From positions 389,732,001-389,796,000 of the forward strand of contig NC_067399.1 in assembly GCF_016432865.1 (NCBI RefSeq): a stretch of 64,000 nt of DNA, in the 5' to 3' direction. The DNA comes from Antechinus flavipes (Eukaryota). The first letter of the stretch is position 1, and each line of letters begins with the position of its first letter. A program made the position numbers and the translations under genes. Of this stretch, positions 1-12,800 are shown piece by piece. Under the pieces are notes generated by a model. The model did no database searches, was not told the DNA's origin, and saw only the letters and a program-made list of their open reading frames with translations.

Positions 1-310
1 ATGTGGTAGGTAGTAGAACTGAGATTCCTAGGTCCTGCATTCCAATTCTGGAGTTCTTTTTACTTTGTACTTATTGTCTCCATTTATCCTTTTTTCCCCT
101 TTTCATTTTGATTCTCCAGAGATAATGTTTCTATGTAACTTCCGTTTTTATGACTTTAATTAGCGCTTTTAAATGACTCTTTTGGAATATATATGCTTTT
201 ATTTAAAAAAATTTTTTTGTTAAAATTTAACATTGAACTTCAATAAGTCACTAAACTTGTTTACTAATTATTACATTTAAATTCATTCCAGTGCATAAAA
301 CATCATATAA

Positions 311-430
311 GAGAGGCAGAATAGTGTAGATAGGGAATTGACCTAGGAATCAAGATCTGGATTCAAGTCTTTTCTGTTATATACTATGTGACTTTGGTCA
401 CTAGTCACTTAACCTTTCAGTGTCCAGGAA
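311..430 (+). mobile_element. MIR-like (CORE) SINE fragment
   Basis: gagaggcagaatagtgtag...gatctggattcaagtc...tgtgactttgg...gtcacttaacctttcagt resembles the MIR 5' tRNA-like/core region; recognised by eye. Confidence 0.5.
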
Positions 431-589
431 AATCTGTAAGACTATAAATTGCAGGACAATTTCTGATTTGGCTTCTTGTTATGAAATTAGTCTGGCTTTT
501 AAAAAAGTATTACATGAATTTTTGTCATCCCTTTCTGTTAGATATTTTTAGCCCAAGGTCCATGACATTTAAAAAAAAACTAAATTAAA

Positions 590-810
590 TTTAACAATGA
601 TTTTTAAAAGTTTTGATTTCCCAGCTCTCTCTCCAAACCCTCTTCCATCCTCGAGAGGGCAAGCAATACGATATCAATTATACATGTGAAGTCATGTAAA
701 ACATATTTCCTTATTATCCATGTTGCCACCTGCAAAAAAGGCAAGAAAAGTAAAGTGAAAAATGTATGTTTCAATCTGCACCTAGAGTTCTCTCTCTGGT
801 CTGTGAATGT
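590..810 (-). mobile_element. old marsupial L1 3'-UTR fragment
   Basis: caagcaatacgatatcaattatacatgtgaagtcatgtaaaacatatttcc resembles antisense L1 3' ends seen elsewhere in the window. Confidence 0.45.
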
Positions 811-1092
811 TAAAAAATATATATTTTGATAACTCTATTTTAGTATTTCATTTGCAATCCTAAATTTTTTTTGCATTTAAAAGCCTTATTCTGAGGAGGC
901 ATAGACTTCACCAGACTGCTAAAGGAGTCTGTAACATAAAAATGTTAAATATAATTGCTTAAGTCTTCATCAGGATTTTTGGTCCACTTCTTCTCATTCA
1001 TTTCCCACTATATGTAATATTAATGTGTATTACATTTTATGATAATGCTTTTTTCAGTTTACATTTTTTTCATAAAGGTTCCACAGAGTGAA

Positions 1093-1235
1093 AGCTAGAA
1101 GGGAATTCAGAGATTATTTAGTCAAAATTCTTCATTTTACAGATGAGGAAACAGGCCAGAGAGCTTAAATGATTTACTTAAGGTCTCACAGGTAACAGAA
1201 CTGGGACCCAGGTTCTTTGACCCCTAAATCCAGTA
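1093..1235 (-). mobile_element. MIR/MIR3-like SINE fragment
   Basis: CORE motif cattttacagatgaggaaac...aaatgatttacttaaggtctcacag. Confidence 0.55.
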
Positions 1236-2054
1236 GCATTGTAGCAGATTTTTTTTTGGCAAACCTTATATTTGTTTATCTTAATTGTATTATTATATTC
1301 TATTACATTTATATGGAACAATTTATGTAACCATTCTCCTACAAAACGTTTTAATTTTTAAAAATTACATATACTGCTGTGATAGCCTTGTGTAATTTTT
1401 TTAAATTATTATTTTGATAAGATTTTCAGATTAAATTCCTGACAAAGGAAATATTGGATCACGGGGGTATCATGGGGAATATATTCTCTTGCCACATTTG
1501 GTCTTTACCTTTGCCAGCAGGTACATTAATCAGATGTTTACTATCCTTAAGAATGACTTAATTTGTTTTCTCTCTGTGTTCCTCTTGGTCTTTTTGAGGT
1601 CAGACACCTAGTGATGGAATTTGGATCCAAGGGCCTGGTTCCAGACTCATGTCTGTCAATCCACTGCTCAGATGCCTGAAACCCTGTCTCCCACTGCCAT
1701 CCCACTGCAAGACCTAGTATCAAAATCAGTGACTCTTGGACCCACATTATGTCACATGTCCTTTGAAAGTCATATTATTAGCATTAACTAAAGCGGTGGT
1801 ATAAGGCACGAGTAGGTACTGATCCCCAGCTTCTGATTACTGGTGCACTGGGATAAACAAGTCTGCTCATGTGTCCAGTCTGATTGATCCCTCAGGGGCT
1901 TGGGCAGAACCTTGGGGGTGGCCAGTGTTCACTTGTTGAAATGTAGAATTCCTGGGCTCAGATTTGTTGATAAAAATGTTTCAAGGATTCCCCTCTTCTT
2001 AATCTGGGGAAGGGGAAAACCTCAGAATTCTTTCTTGTCCCCTTCTATTCTCAG

Positions 2055-4804
2055 GAGCTATGTCTCTACACACTAGGCAACCTGGCTGTGGAGAGTGAGG
2101 CTGTGAGGAGGCAGCTTCTTCCGCAGGGCATTATTCCAGCTCTTGCTTTATGCATCCAGGTGAGGGATCCAATGCTCTTCACTTCTGCATGCCTTTACTG
2201 CTTGGGGAGGATGGCTCTAGACATTGCTTTCTTTCTGTTCCTTCATTAAGATCTACATTGTCTTATTCCAGTCCCCCCATGCAGCTGTTCTGGAAGCTCT
2301 TGGCTATACCTTGTCACAACTTTTGCAGGCCAATGAAGCTCCTAAGGAAATCATCCCGTAAGTAAATCTTCTTTCATTTGGGACAGCAGCATGGGAGGGG
2401 AGACTGGTGGCCAAAGGTGAGCCTCAGGCTCAGTAAGTATACTTACTTCAAGTGTACTGTTTGTTTCTGGTTTACTTTCCTAACTTCCAATCCTGAGAAG
2501 GGCCTCAAGTTTGAGTGTCATTTTCATTTACAGTGGGATCTTGATGAGAACCTTGTATTTTCATTCATACTCCAATTTATTGTGCTCCTTTGACTGGCAG
2601 CTCTGTCTTGGACTCCGCCATTCTCCCGAACATGCTTCGACTTCTACACCCTACCCCAGAGCTGGGGGCTAGTGTTGCTGTGGAGTTTGCCTGGTGCCTT
2701 CACTACATTATCTGCAGGTACCATGGGCTCAAAGTAGGAATGCCACTTAGAATCTTCCTTAGGAATCCTTCTATACCATAAATTCATGGAGTATTGAATC
2801 AGAATCACAGCATAGTATTTGCTGAGACTGCAGGGAGTGGGGTGGGACAGTGCTAAATTCCCATCTTATTTTCTTTAGGCTTGGAAAATAATTTTAAGTA
2901 CTATTGTTCTATTTTAGTTCTCTAGGTGTAGTAAGGCCCAGGGTTCATACTGACTTTGGTTGGTGGCTTAGTCTAACTTAGGGTTCTGGGATGTGGAGAC
3001 ATGACTATGCTTCCTTCTCTATTCTAGCCAGGTGAACAATCCACTGCTCATTTCCCGAGGAGCTTTGTCCACTCTGGGGCTATTGCTGATGGATTTGGCT
3101 AGGGCTGCCTCAGGATCTGTGGATACAGGACTGGATCTGGTAGGTAGAGAGAGGTCACTGAGGAATTCTTTACTACCCAGGAGAAGCAGGTGTTTTCAGC
3201 CCTGCTTGGGTGACAGTATGTAGGATATCCTTGGTGTCCTCCCTTCTTGTTAAATATTCCCCTGTCCTCGAATCACCAACTAACCCCTTATCCTTCCTGC
3301 CACCCATCTTGCCTTTGCAGTTGGCCTGCCCAGTTCTTCGTTGCTTTGGTAACTTGCTGGCAGAGGAAGGAGCAGCAGATGCAGGGGTACGAGCAGATTT
3401 TGCAGACGAGCGAATTATAGTGGCCATGTTTATCCTCATGGAGTTCTTCATCCAGCACCAACCTAGCCTGGTCCCTGAGTGCCTCTGGGTCCTCAATAAC
3501 CTTACTGGTATGTGATGGGGCTAAGTCAACTCACTGCAATGATTTCTGTCTCGTTAAAGTAATAGTAACTTTTCCACACATCTGGGGACTTCTTAGCTTA
3601 AAATGAGTTTGGGATGGATTAGAAAGGTGTTTTATGACCTTATAACACATGTGTAACCATGCTCTTGTAACTGTAACTTACTTCCTTGGACTTGAGTTCT
3701 GTGAGTAACCTGGTCATGGTGCCTCTTCTCTAGTAAAAGATCCTGGCCTCTGCACAGCATTGCTGTCCCTGGATCTGGTTGCTCCCCTCTTGCAACTCTT
3801 ACCTATTTCACGGGTGGTACGCATACTGGTAAGTAGTGGTTAGCACATTTGTTGTTTACAAGTTAGGAACACAAGAGTTTGTGTTGTCCTTTTCAATTTT
3901 TAGTAGTATTGTGTAGCAGGAAACAACTAGGAGTTGGCAATTAGGCTGCTTTCCTCTGAATTCTTAGTACCTGTGAGTGTAGATGTTGTTTGTTATTTGA
4001 AGCCTCAGCTTCATCTGTAAAACAAATATAATGGAGTACTGAAGAAAGCTCTTTAGAATTTTAAAGTGCTATACTAATGTTAAATGTTGTGTTTGTAGGT
4101 GCTGACAATCCTGTGTAACATTGCTGAGAAGGGACCTTTCTATTGCCAGAGACTCTGGCCTGGTCCAGTACTCCCCCACATGCTAGATATCCTGACCCTT
4201 TCTGATTCTGAGGTGGTAGGACAGAGCCTGGAGCTGTTGCAACTGCTTTTTGTACACCAGCCTGAGGTGGGTTTTGATTCAGGTTCAGGTTCCACATTTT
4301 GGTGTTTCAAATAGGCTAAAGATAGGACTCCAGGGGGCAGCTAGATGGTGCAGTGGGTAAAGCACCGGCCTTGAGATCAGGAGGACCCGAGTTCAAATCT
4401 GGCCTTAGACACTTAACATTCCCTAGCTGTGTGATCCTGGGCAAATTACTTAACCCCAATTACCTCAGAAAAAAAAAAAAGTTAAAGATAGGACCCCATC
4501 TTAACCATCCCTGATATTACTTACAGGCATATATGCTTTCTCTGCCCCACTTTCCCCAGTAGAAATTTTCTTCCCTCCCTCCCCTCCCACTCCCCATCAT
4601 TCAGTGTAGAAAATATGGCACATCCATGCCTCACCACATCTTGTCTCCTCTAAACAGGCAGCTCAGGACTTCTTACAGCATGCTGGCCTACAGGCTTTGG
4701 AGAAACACAAAGAAGAGCCTGACCTCCAGGAACGCATACAAGCTCTTCAGGAGGTGGCACTGGGAGGAAGTTCACTTGTACCGAATGCATTGGCACTGCC
4801 ATAA
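2055..4804 (+). CDS. TMCO6: Transmembrane and coiled-coil domain-containing protein 6 (ARM-repeat, importin-alpha-like); last 8 coding exons, 5' exons lie upstream of the window
   Basis: AG/GT-bounded, phase-consistent exons 2055-2159 (ELCLYTLGNLAVESEAVRRQLLPQG), 2272-2357, 2601-2717 (VAVEFAWCLHYIICS), 3028-3139, 3321-3507 (LACPVLRCFGNLL), 3734-3828, 4099-4266 (CNIAEKGPFYCQRLWPGP), 4658-4804 (TAA 4802-4804). Peptides match TMCO6 as recalled; neighbour NDUFA2 fits synteny. Confidence 0.93.
4333..4480 (+). mobile_element. WSINE1-type marsupial SINE, full length, with poly(A) and 16-bp TSD, in the last TMCO6 intron
   Basis: ggggcagctagatggtgcagtgg (A box)...gagttcaaatc (B box)...ttaaccccaattacctcag plus A-tail; TSD taaagataggac(t/c)cca at 4317-4332 and 4483-4498. 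Confidence 0.85.
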
Positions 4805-5249
4805 CTTCTCCCTTTCTTGCTTGTATGGGCCAGCCCTGTTTTTCTGTGGTTCAAAAGTTATTGTCTATGCTCCAATTATGTTTCCTTTCAGGGTTGACAA
4901 AATGGGCACCAGGTCATGGCTGCTCAGAATCCTGTCCCATTTCCTGTCCTCCTACCCCGCTCCCATCCTCCCATCCTCCCCCCTTCCCTGCCCCTTCTTT
5001 TCCCTCTTTCGTATATCACAGCTTCTCTTAGAACTGACAAGTTGTATTACATTAAATTTCTTCAGTCACAATGTTGGTGGATAAATGTGTATGTTTGGGG
5101 ATGGGGAGTAAAGGGAACATTCAGAAAACTTATAGTTCAATTACAATACAAGGTTTACATGGAAAGAATTTTACAATATGTGGATATTTCATTCCCGGTC
5201 CATCAGAACCAAAGCTCTGAGGCAACTCTTAATATGTTTTCTTGAGACT

Positions 5250-6356
5250 TCAGGCTTTGCTATTCATCACATTCACTAGAGCTGTAGCCACTTGTTCACT
5301 ATTGAGGTTGTTCAAGGAGACATTCTTCTCCTGGCCAAAAGCTGAGAATAAAAGTTAGAAAACACCTTTTATGTAGGTATCACTGAATGAAGAAATGGGC
5401 CATATTAAGCACAAGATGTATTACAGACTGGTTACTGACATTTGGAAAAAAGAACTACCATGGGTTGGGATGTTTTCCTATTTTTTGCTGATAATGTGTA
5501 AATTAAAGATTCCAACTAGATTTGATGTTAAACTACAACCTTGAGGTTATGTGTGGGTAGACTAAAGCTATAAGGTAAAGCAAAGGGGCCAAGCCTCTCT
5601 GGTTCCATCTTCCCTATGGTGGCAGAAAACCCAAGAGCAGGGGTTTGACGAGGCTCTTAAGTATTATGCCTATGATTCTCCCATTAGAAAAACCTTTTTA
5701 CAGTTGTAGTGTGGGGCTGCATTAAATCTTCCTAAGGCTGAAACTTGTTAAACCAGGGGCTACAATGCTCCCCACCACTCCCGTGTGGTCCCAAGCTCCA
5801 GCTCACCATAGCGGACCCATAGTTTGGGCTGCACCTTGGAGCACTCACGGATCAGGATGGGGAAGTCGGGATTCGCCTTCTTTAGTTCCACATAGTGTTT
5901 CTCAATGAAGTCCCTGAAGGAGGGAGTAAGGGAAGAAGTAACTCACCTTTTTTATGCTGCTTTGACATTGGGGAGGCAAGGATACTTATGTAACAAGATG
6001 TTTTAAAGTCACATCCTCCCCGGTTTACAGGTAAGAACACTAAAGATCAGAGAGCCGGCGTGACTGAACCAAGTGACTTAGGGTCTGTCAGAGAGGGGAG
6101 CCCTTCCTCCTGTTCCCATTCCCTTTTCCTTCCCCTCTAGTGACTTCCCCAAATCACCCACAGAATAGATGCAAGATGACCTCGTGAGGTCGTGACCTTT
6201 CGACCTCCGCCCAGGCTGCCCCACCCGTCCAAACAACGCAATCCAACCAAACCTCACTCCTTGACTGCTGGCCGAGCGCTGGCACAAGTGGATGCGGATC
6301 TCTCTCAGGTTCTGGCCTACTTTGGAACCGATTCCGCGGGCTGCGGCTGCCGCCAT
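5250..6356 (-). CDS. NDUFA2: NADH:ubiquinone oxidoreductase subunit A2 (100 aa)
   Basis: Exons 6356-6253 ([34 protein letters not shown]), 5913-5807 ([36 protein letters not shown]), 5341-5250 ([30 protein letters not shown]); 303 nt, canonical splice sites. Confidence 0.97.
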
Positions 6357-6803
6357 CTTTCCCAAAGACTGCAGAACACCGCTACTCCTTCAGTCTTCGG
6401 AAGGAAAGGGCTCGTACGGCCAATCACGGAGAGATATCATTCACCTCACCAATCTGCTTTGGTCTTTGGAGAATTGTCTGTTGTCCTGCAGGATTGGCCA
6501 GATGCGGGGGAAGGGGTGGGGAGAGTGATAACCAAAGTGAAATTCAGCCAATTACGTTAGAATTATCAAAAGATCTGGCGGGTTACTGGCCCCGTTCACT
6601 TCCGTAGAAGACTAGTTCACGTCTACGTGAGCGGAGTTGCTATGGTAATGACACGTAGGGAAGGTGGCACCAAGCGTAAGGCGGAAGTCGATTTCGTCGC
6701 AGAGAACTGTGGGTTATAGTGCGTAATGAATTGTGGGTAGCTCGTTTTTAAGTCCGCTCTTCCTGCCGTGTCGTTTGTTTTGGGTACAGAAACCCAAGTC
6801 AAG
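6357..6803. promoter_or_regulatory. NDUFA2-IK bidirectional CpG-rich promoter
   Basis: 447 bp between divergent ATGs. ETS/GABP cores cacttccg 6597-6604 and gcggaagt 6681-6688; RFX X-box-like gttgctatggtaat 6636-6649; ZNF143/Staf-like site (minus strand ctacccacaattcattacgc) 6721-6740; YY1-type aagatggcggc overlaps the NDUFA2 start codon. Motifs matched by eye. Confidence 0.8.
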
Positions 6804-9800
6804 ATGCCGGAACGAGATAGTGAGTGCGGGTGTCTACTCCTTCCCCCTTGGGACTCTCCTTCGGGTCAACCTTCAGTATTAAGAACTTTCCCTGTGGCCA
6901 ATTTAGGATTGCTAGGGCCAGGATCGATGGGAGCTAGGGAGGGTTCTTTTCGCGGTCCCGATCTGGGTATCTGGGGTCCGGCTAGCGCGGCGCGAAGCGA
7001 AGAGATGTGGAGGATTAAGTCTTTTATTTTCTTTAGGTGAACCGTTTTCCAACCCGTTAGCTCCGGATGGCCATGATGTGGACGATCCTCATTCTTTCCA
7101 CCAGTAAGTGTGACTGGTGCGGAGGGGTCAAGAATAGAGGGAGCTCTGTTGGAAGGGCGGGACCCCCAGGTTGGGATTGCGGGCTTTTCAACTTGAACTT
7201 TAGAATGCACCTCAAATGCCCGGTTCGTCGAAGTGACTCTATACTCTTAAAGGTCATGCCAACTGAACATAAATAGGTCCTCTTACAACTTCTTGTATGC
7301 TAGTGTTAATGAAGTCTGTGTGACTTCCGGGCACTAGCTTAGGAAAATAATACCTGCATGTTTTGCAGTCGGGACCTAGTATCTCTCGTCTGGGTTTTGC
7401 TTGTTGTTGCTCGCATAATCATGAGCTAGTTATTTAATCTTTCTGGACTTCAGTTTCGTTATTTTTTGAAGAAGAAATTGAACTAGATAATCTTTCTGGA
7501 TCTTTACAATTTGAAAAGACTTGTTTTATTTAAGCAGAAATCTGTTTGCCAGGTGATGAATTTTTTCATTCATAGTAAGAATCTTATTTAATAAAACAAA
7601 TGTGGAAGGTTTGGGGCCTTTGTCAATAAAAGGTCAGTGCAATTACCTGCACTGATTAGATCAGGGATCCTCGAAGTAATGAGTGTTATTTTTTACTGTT
7701 ACTCATTGTGTAAAGAAGTAATAAGTATCTCTAGGGAAGCAGGAAAAGGAAGTGCTAATTTGTCACTCCATATTTGATACTCTTGTACTTTGTTTCACTA
7801 GATCCAAACTCACCAATGAAGACTTTAGGAAGCTTCTCATGACACCTAGAGCTGCACCCACATCTGCACCACCATCCAAGTCTCGACATCATGAGTAAGC
7901 TGATGGATGTTCCCAGTTGTTTCCTATTTCCAACCTATTCTCATTGCATACTTTCCTATAGGAAAGCATTTAAGAAAGTCTATAGAGGGTAAGAGAAGGG
8001 ATTATTCTGTTGAGGCTGCAGTTGGGTTGGGTTTAAAATATATTTCTTTGGGACTTCTTTCTGCTCAGCTTTAATAATCTTTGCCACTGAGACCTCCTCT
8101 TGGGATTTGAGAGGATGTGGTAGCATTTGTTATATTTGGATTTTCTGTTCTTTTCTAGAATGCCAAGGGAATACAACGAGGATGAAGATCCAGCAGCACG
8201 AAGAAGGAAAAAGAAAAGGTGAAAGGAAGGGAAAGGGAAGTTAGATCTTAATCTGGACATTGTCCTTACTTGTAAATGGGACTAAGTTGGATTATAAGAG
8301 TTGGATATATAGGTGTATAGCTCTAGAAAGATGAAACATTTCTTTTTTTGGGGAAGCTTTCTATGGATTTTATGCCTATTAAGGTAAATATGTGCTTTTA
8401 CAGAATTTTCGTTTTAGAAATTACAAAAGTTCTCTTTGGAGCTTGGGTATTTTGCTTTCTTTGTTTTGGGTAGTTGGAGCAGGGTGGTGTAGATCAACAA
8501 GAATCAAGAGGTATTCAGCTGAAATTTGTAAAGAATTGGAAATCCAAATAATATTCTGTAGCTTTGTGGCTTAATGGGAGTAGATACTTAGTAATTTGAA
8601 GGTGAATAAGCAATGACTGGGAAAGCATTAGGTTTCCCATTGCAGAGTAAATTTCATCATACAGAGAAAGAAAATGCTGTGAGAGGGTATATAAGTAATT
8701 GGGTGTATTATAGGGAGTGTGAATTTTGGCCGAGAAATTTATGTATGAGTAGAGTGGGTAGACATGTAGAGAACAGAGTCCAAGCAATAGGCAGGAACAA
8801 ATTTGCTTCACTTATATTTGAATGTTTTACATGCTTTCTTCTCATTCATAGTTACTATGCCAAACTCCGTCAACAAGAAATTGAACGTGAAAGGGAGCTA
8901 GCAGAAAAGTATCGGGACCGTGCCAAAGAAAGAAGAGATGGTGTCAACAAGGATTATGAGGAAACAGAATTGATCAGTACCACTGCCAACTACAGGGCTG
9001 TGGGACCTACTGCTGAAGCGTGAGTAGACTTTGGCCTTGGTTCATTTAAAATTTAATTTCTACATCAGTTCCTGTGAAGCTGCATAATTATGGACAAATT
9101 TAATTCTTCTAGACTTCAGTATCTTCTAATATGGACTTTGGCCTCCTCCTACCTAAACCAAACTACTATACCAGACCTATGGCAATAATACTAGATTGAT
9201 CTGATGATCATTCTTTTTGTTGTATAGTGATAAATCTGCTGCAGAGAAGAGGCGACAGTTGATCCAAGAGTCCAAATTCTTGGGTGGTGACATGGAACAC
9301 ACTCATTTGGTGAAAGGATTGGATTTTGCCCTTCTTCAGAAGGTGAGATGTTTTTGTGTTCTTTGTGAGTTGTGGATGTTACTGGAATGCTAAATGTCTT
9401 TGGGTTTCCAGGAAGGGGAGCTTTGGTCGATGGGGAAGAAACCAGTGTCTGGATGTTGTAGCATTATTTATAAAAATTGAAGGCAGAGTTTTAGGGGATA
9501 GTACTGTCCCAGGCACATCTCTTATTTTTCCTTTAGGTTCGAGCTGAGATTGCCAGCAAAGAGAAGGAAGAAGAGGAGATGATGGAGAAACCTCAGAAGG
9601 AAACAAAGTGAGTGTATGAGGGGGAAGATTGTAGAGCTGGAAGGGCAGGATTTGGACTAATAGTAGAACAGGCTAATGGCTTCTTGGTTTTGTTTTGTTT
9701 TTTTTAAGGAAAGATGAAGATCCTGAGAATAAAATTGAATTTAAGACTCGTTTGGGTAAGAGCAGAAATGTTGCTTATTAAATCAACAAGGCATTAGCCT

Positions 9801-12800
9801 TGACATTTCTTGTTTTCAACAAGGCTAGATTTTATAAGAATCTTAAATACCACCAAGTAAAAATGTAGCATAATTGTGCAGTTATGACAGAATTTTTGAA
9901 AATTCCACATATTTGTTGTTTCTCTTTTCTTCCCAGGCTGTAAGTATTTCTAAGTACATGCTTTGAATACTGAATATTGAATGCCATTTTTACACTGCTT
10001 TAAACCAAGTTTTAATTCCTTATAGTTCTTGTCTCCTTTCTCATATACCATCAAAATCAGTTTGAGAGTTATTCTAATATCAATTATATATCCTTCCAAA
10101 TGAAGATGGAAAACAGCTGCACTTTTTTGTAAAGTAATTTTTAAGTGACTTTAAGTCACATTTTGTAAAGCATATATTGGAATATGTTATATACTCTTTA
10201 AACTTAGATCCACATAAAGTTTAAAATTTATAATACCTTTGGTATTCCTTACTACTTTTCTGTTTATACTATGAACATTTGCTTGAAAAACTCATTGTAT
10301 GCAAAATCGCCACTAATCTGACTGTAAGAACTTTCAAAATCATTCAAATGTAGCCAAAATATCCCAGTTATATTACTGTTGAGACAAATAATTATATGAG
10401 AGTTTGTATCTTTTGCTTCTATGGCAAATTATGAGGCTTAGAACCTTTTAGTAGAGGTTAATGAAGAACAATTCCCATTGGAAGGAAAATAAGTTACATT
10501 TATAATTCCTGGATTTGGCTATTGCATAAATTTTCCTGTTAAAGGTATCTTATCCTTTTAAGTTCTGATTGGTCCAATTATAGACTACTTCAAACTATCA
10601 GATATTAAACATGAATAGAGAAATCATTGCCTCCCTATCTGTAATTTACATGAAGTGTTTTGTTACCTTTAAGTTGTTACTCAGTTAACTAAGTTTATTT
10701 TCCACTCCTCCCTAAGAAGTAGGGTCTCGTGCCTTTTAGTCTCGTGCCTTAATTTTTCCTACCTTTGTAATAATGCTTTTCTTATCTTCTCCCCCTAAAT
10801 GAAATACTCTTCCTTTCTTTATCTGTCCAATTTCTATTTATTCTTCAAGACTTGTCGATCTCTTTTTTATCTCTTATCTGTCATTCTCCTTTATAAAACA
10901 CCTTTACAACCCATTCAAACATTGGTTTTTCTATTTTCTAACCTTTTCTGATTCTGATAGTACTATGTATTTTAGCATTTTTTTTCTTTTTCTTTTTTCT
11001 TAAAGCATTTTAAAATTTTTATTAGATTTGTCTCTTCTATTAGATTACAACTTCTTTGAAGATTAAGACTGAGTCATATGATAGTGCCATGTTCACAGTT
11101 GGCAGTTGGTAAATGTTTATTAATTATGCCCCCTTAGGCCGCAATGTTTACCGTATGCTCTTCAAGAACAAAGCTTATGAACGAAATGAGCTGTTTCTAC
11201 CAGGCAGAATGGCCTATGTGGTGGATCTGGATGATGAGTATGCAGACACAGACATCCCTACTACACTTATCCGAAGCAAAGCTGATTGTCCTACCATGGA
11301 GGTACCTGCACTAATATTCTCTAGGACCACTCTTTGTAGGAAATGTGGGAGGGATACTTTCCTTCTAAAATTGGTCTTTTCTCAGTGGCTTGACTTGTTT
11401 TCTTCTTGGGATTTTCAGGCCCAGACCACACTGACCACAAATGATATCGTCATCAGCAAGCTGACACAGATCCTTTCCTATTTGCGGCAGGGCACCCGGA
11501 ATAAGAAACTTAAGAAGAAAGACAAAGGTTTCTGAATGGTCTTGGAGAAAGACCTTAATTTTCTTTAGAGACTGAATCTTGTGACATGGAATGTTAGGAA
11601 GCAATATGTTTATTTGGTGTATTTGTCTTAGAGCCATTGTGCAAGTCAGAGAGGGCCTTGAGAATCAGGGCACAGGATATTCTCGGAAGCAGAATTGAGT
11701 CGAGACTGGAACATATATTTCTTTCTCCCTGACCAGTTTGGGAAGTAGCTTTGCAGTATGAGGCAGATTGAGAACAATGTTGATGGTGTTTACTTTACAT
11801 TCTTTCCTCCTCACCAGCCAATAAGTATTTTTTAAATTTAAATTTCTTTTTTATTATTATTATAGCTTTTTATTTATAAGATAAATATGAGTAATTTTTC
11901 AGCATTGACAATTGTCAAACCTTTTGTTCCAATTTTTCCCTTCCTTCCCCCTTCCCCCTCCCCCAGATGGCAGATTGACCAATACATGTTAAATATGTTA
12001 AAGTATAAGCTAAATACAATATTTGTATACATGTCCATACAGTTATTTTGCTGTACAAAAAGAATTGGACTTTGAAATAGTGTACACTTAACCTGTGAAG
12101 GAAATAAAAAATGTAGGCGGACAAAAATAGAGGGATTGGGAATTCTATGAAGTGGTTCATACTCATTTCCCAGAGTTCTTTTGCTGGATGTAGCAGATTC
12201 AATTCATTACTGTTCTATTGGAACTGATTTGGTTCATCTCATTGTTGAAGAGGGCCATGTCCATCAGAATTGATCATCATATAGTATTGTTGTTGAAGTA
12301 TATAGTGATCTCCTGGTTCTGCTCATTTCACTCAGCATCAGTTCATGTAAGTCTCCAGGCCTTTCCGAAATCATCCTGCTGGTCATTTCTTACAGAACAA
12401 CAATATTCCATAATATTCATATACCACAATTTATTCAGCCATTCTCCAATTGATGGGCATCCACTCTGTTTCCAGTTTCTGGCCACTACAAAGAGCAGCC
12501 AATAAGTATTTATGTAGTGCTTACTGAATGTGTAAGAGCTTGTGCTAGGGACTATAGGAGATAGACTTTGGTGTATAAATGTTTATATGTTAACTTTCTA
12601 CTTAATTCAGTTTCTACATTACCTAGCATAACATATAAAAATAGATGGCTAGAAGTATCTTTTCATTGTGATGAAATGTTTTTTCATAAAGTTATAGTCC
12701 ATACCAGATGTCTCTTTTTTCTCACCACCTTTTCCTTAGCTTCTTGAAATCTGGCCTTTTTTCTTCTGAAACTCTTCTCCCAGAGGGTACCTGTGAACTC

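Noticed and set aside
1-11. Possible end of an upstream TMCO6 exon (gtg|gtaggt)
   Set aside because: Only 5 nt of putative exon lie in the window, so it cannot be supported.
4333-4400. tRNA-like A/B boxes
   Set aside because: They belong to a tRNA-derived SINE; no cloverleaf tRNA gene was found in the window.
4626-5084. 152-aa ORF overlapping the TMCO6 last exon and 3' UTR
   Set aside because: Alternative frame running into pyrimidine-rich UTR; no recognisable domain.
6740-6822. Ortholog of human MIR3655, which overlaps the IK 5' end
   Set aside because: Only the IK start-codon region resembles the recalled human sequence; no convincing hairpin.
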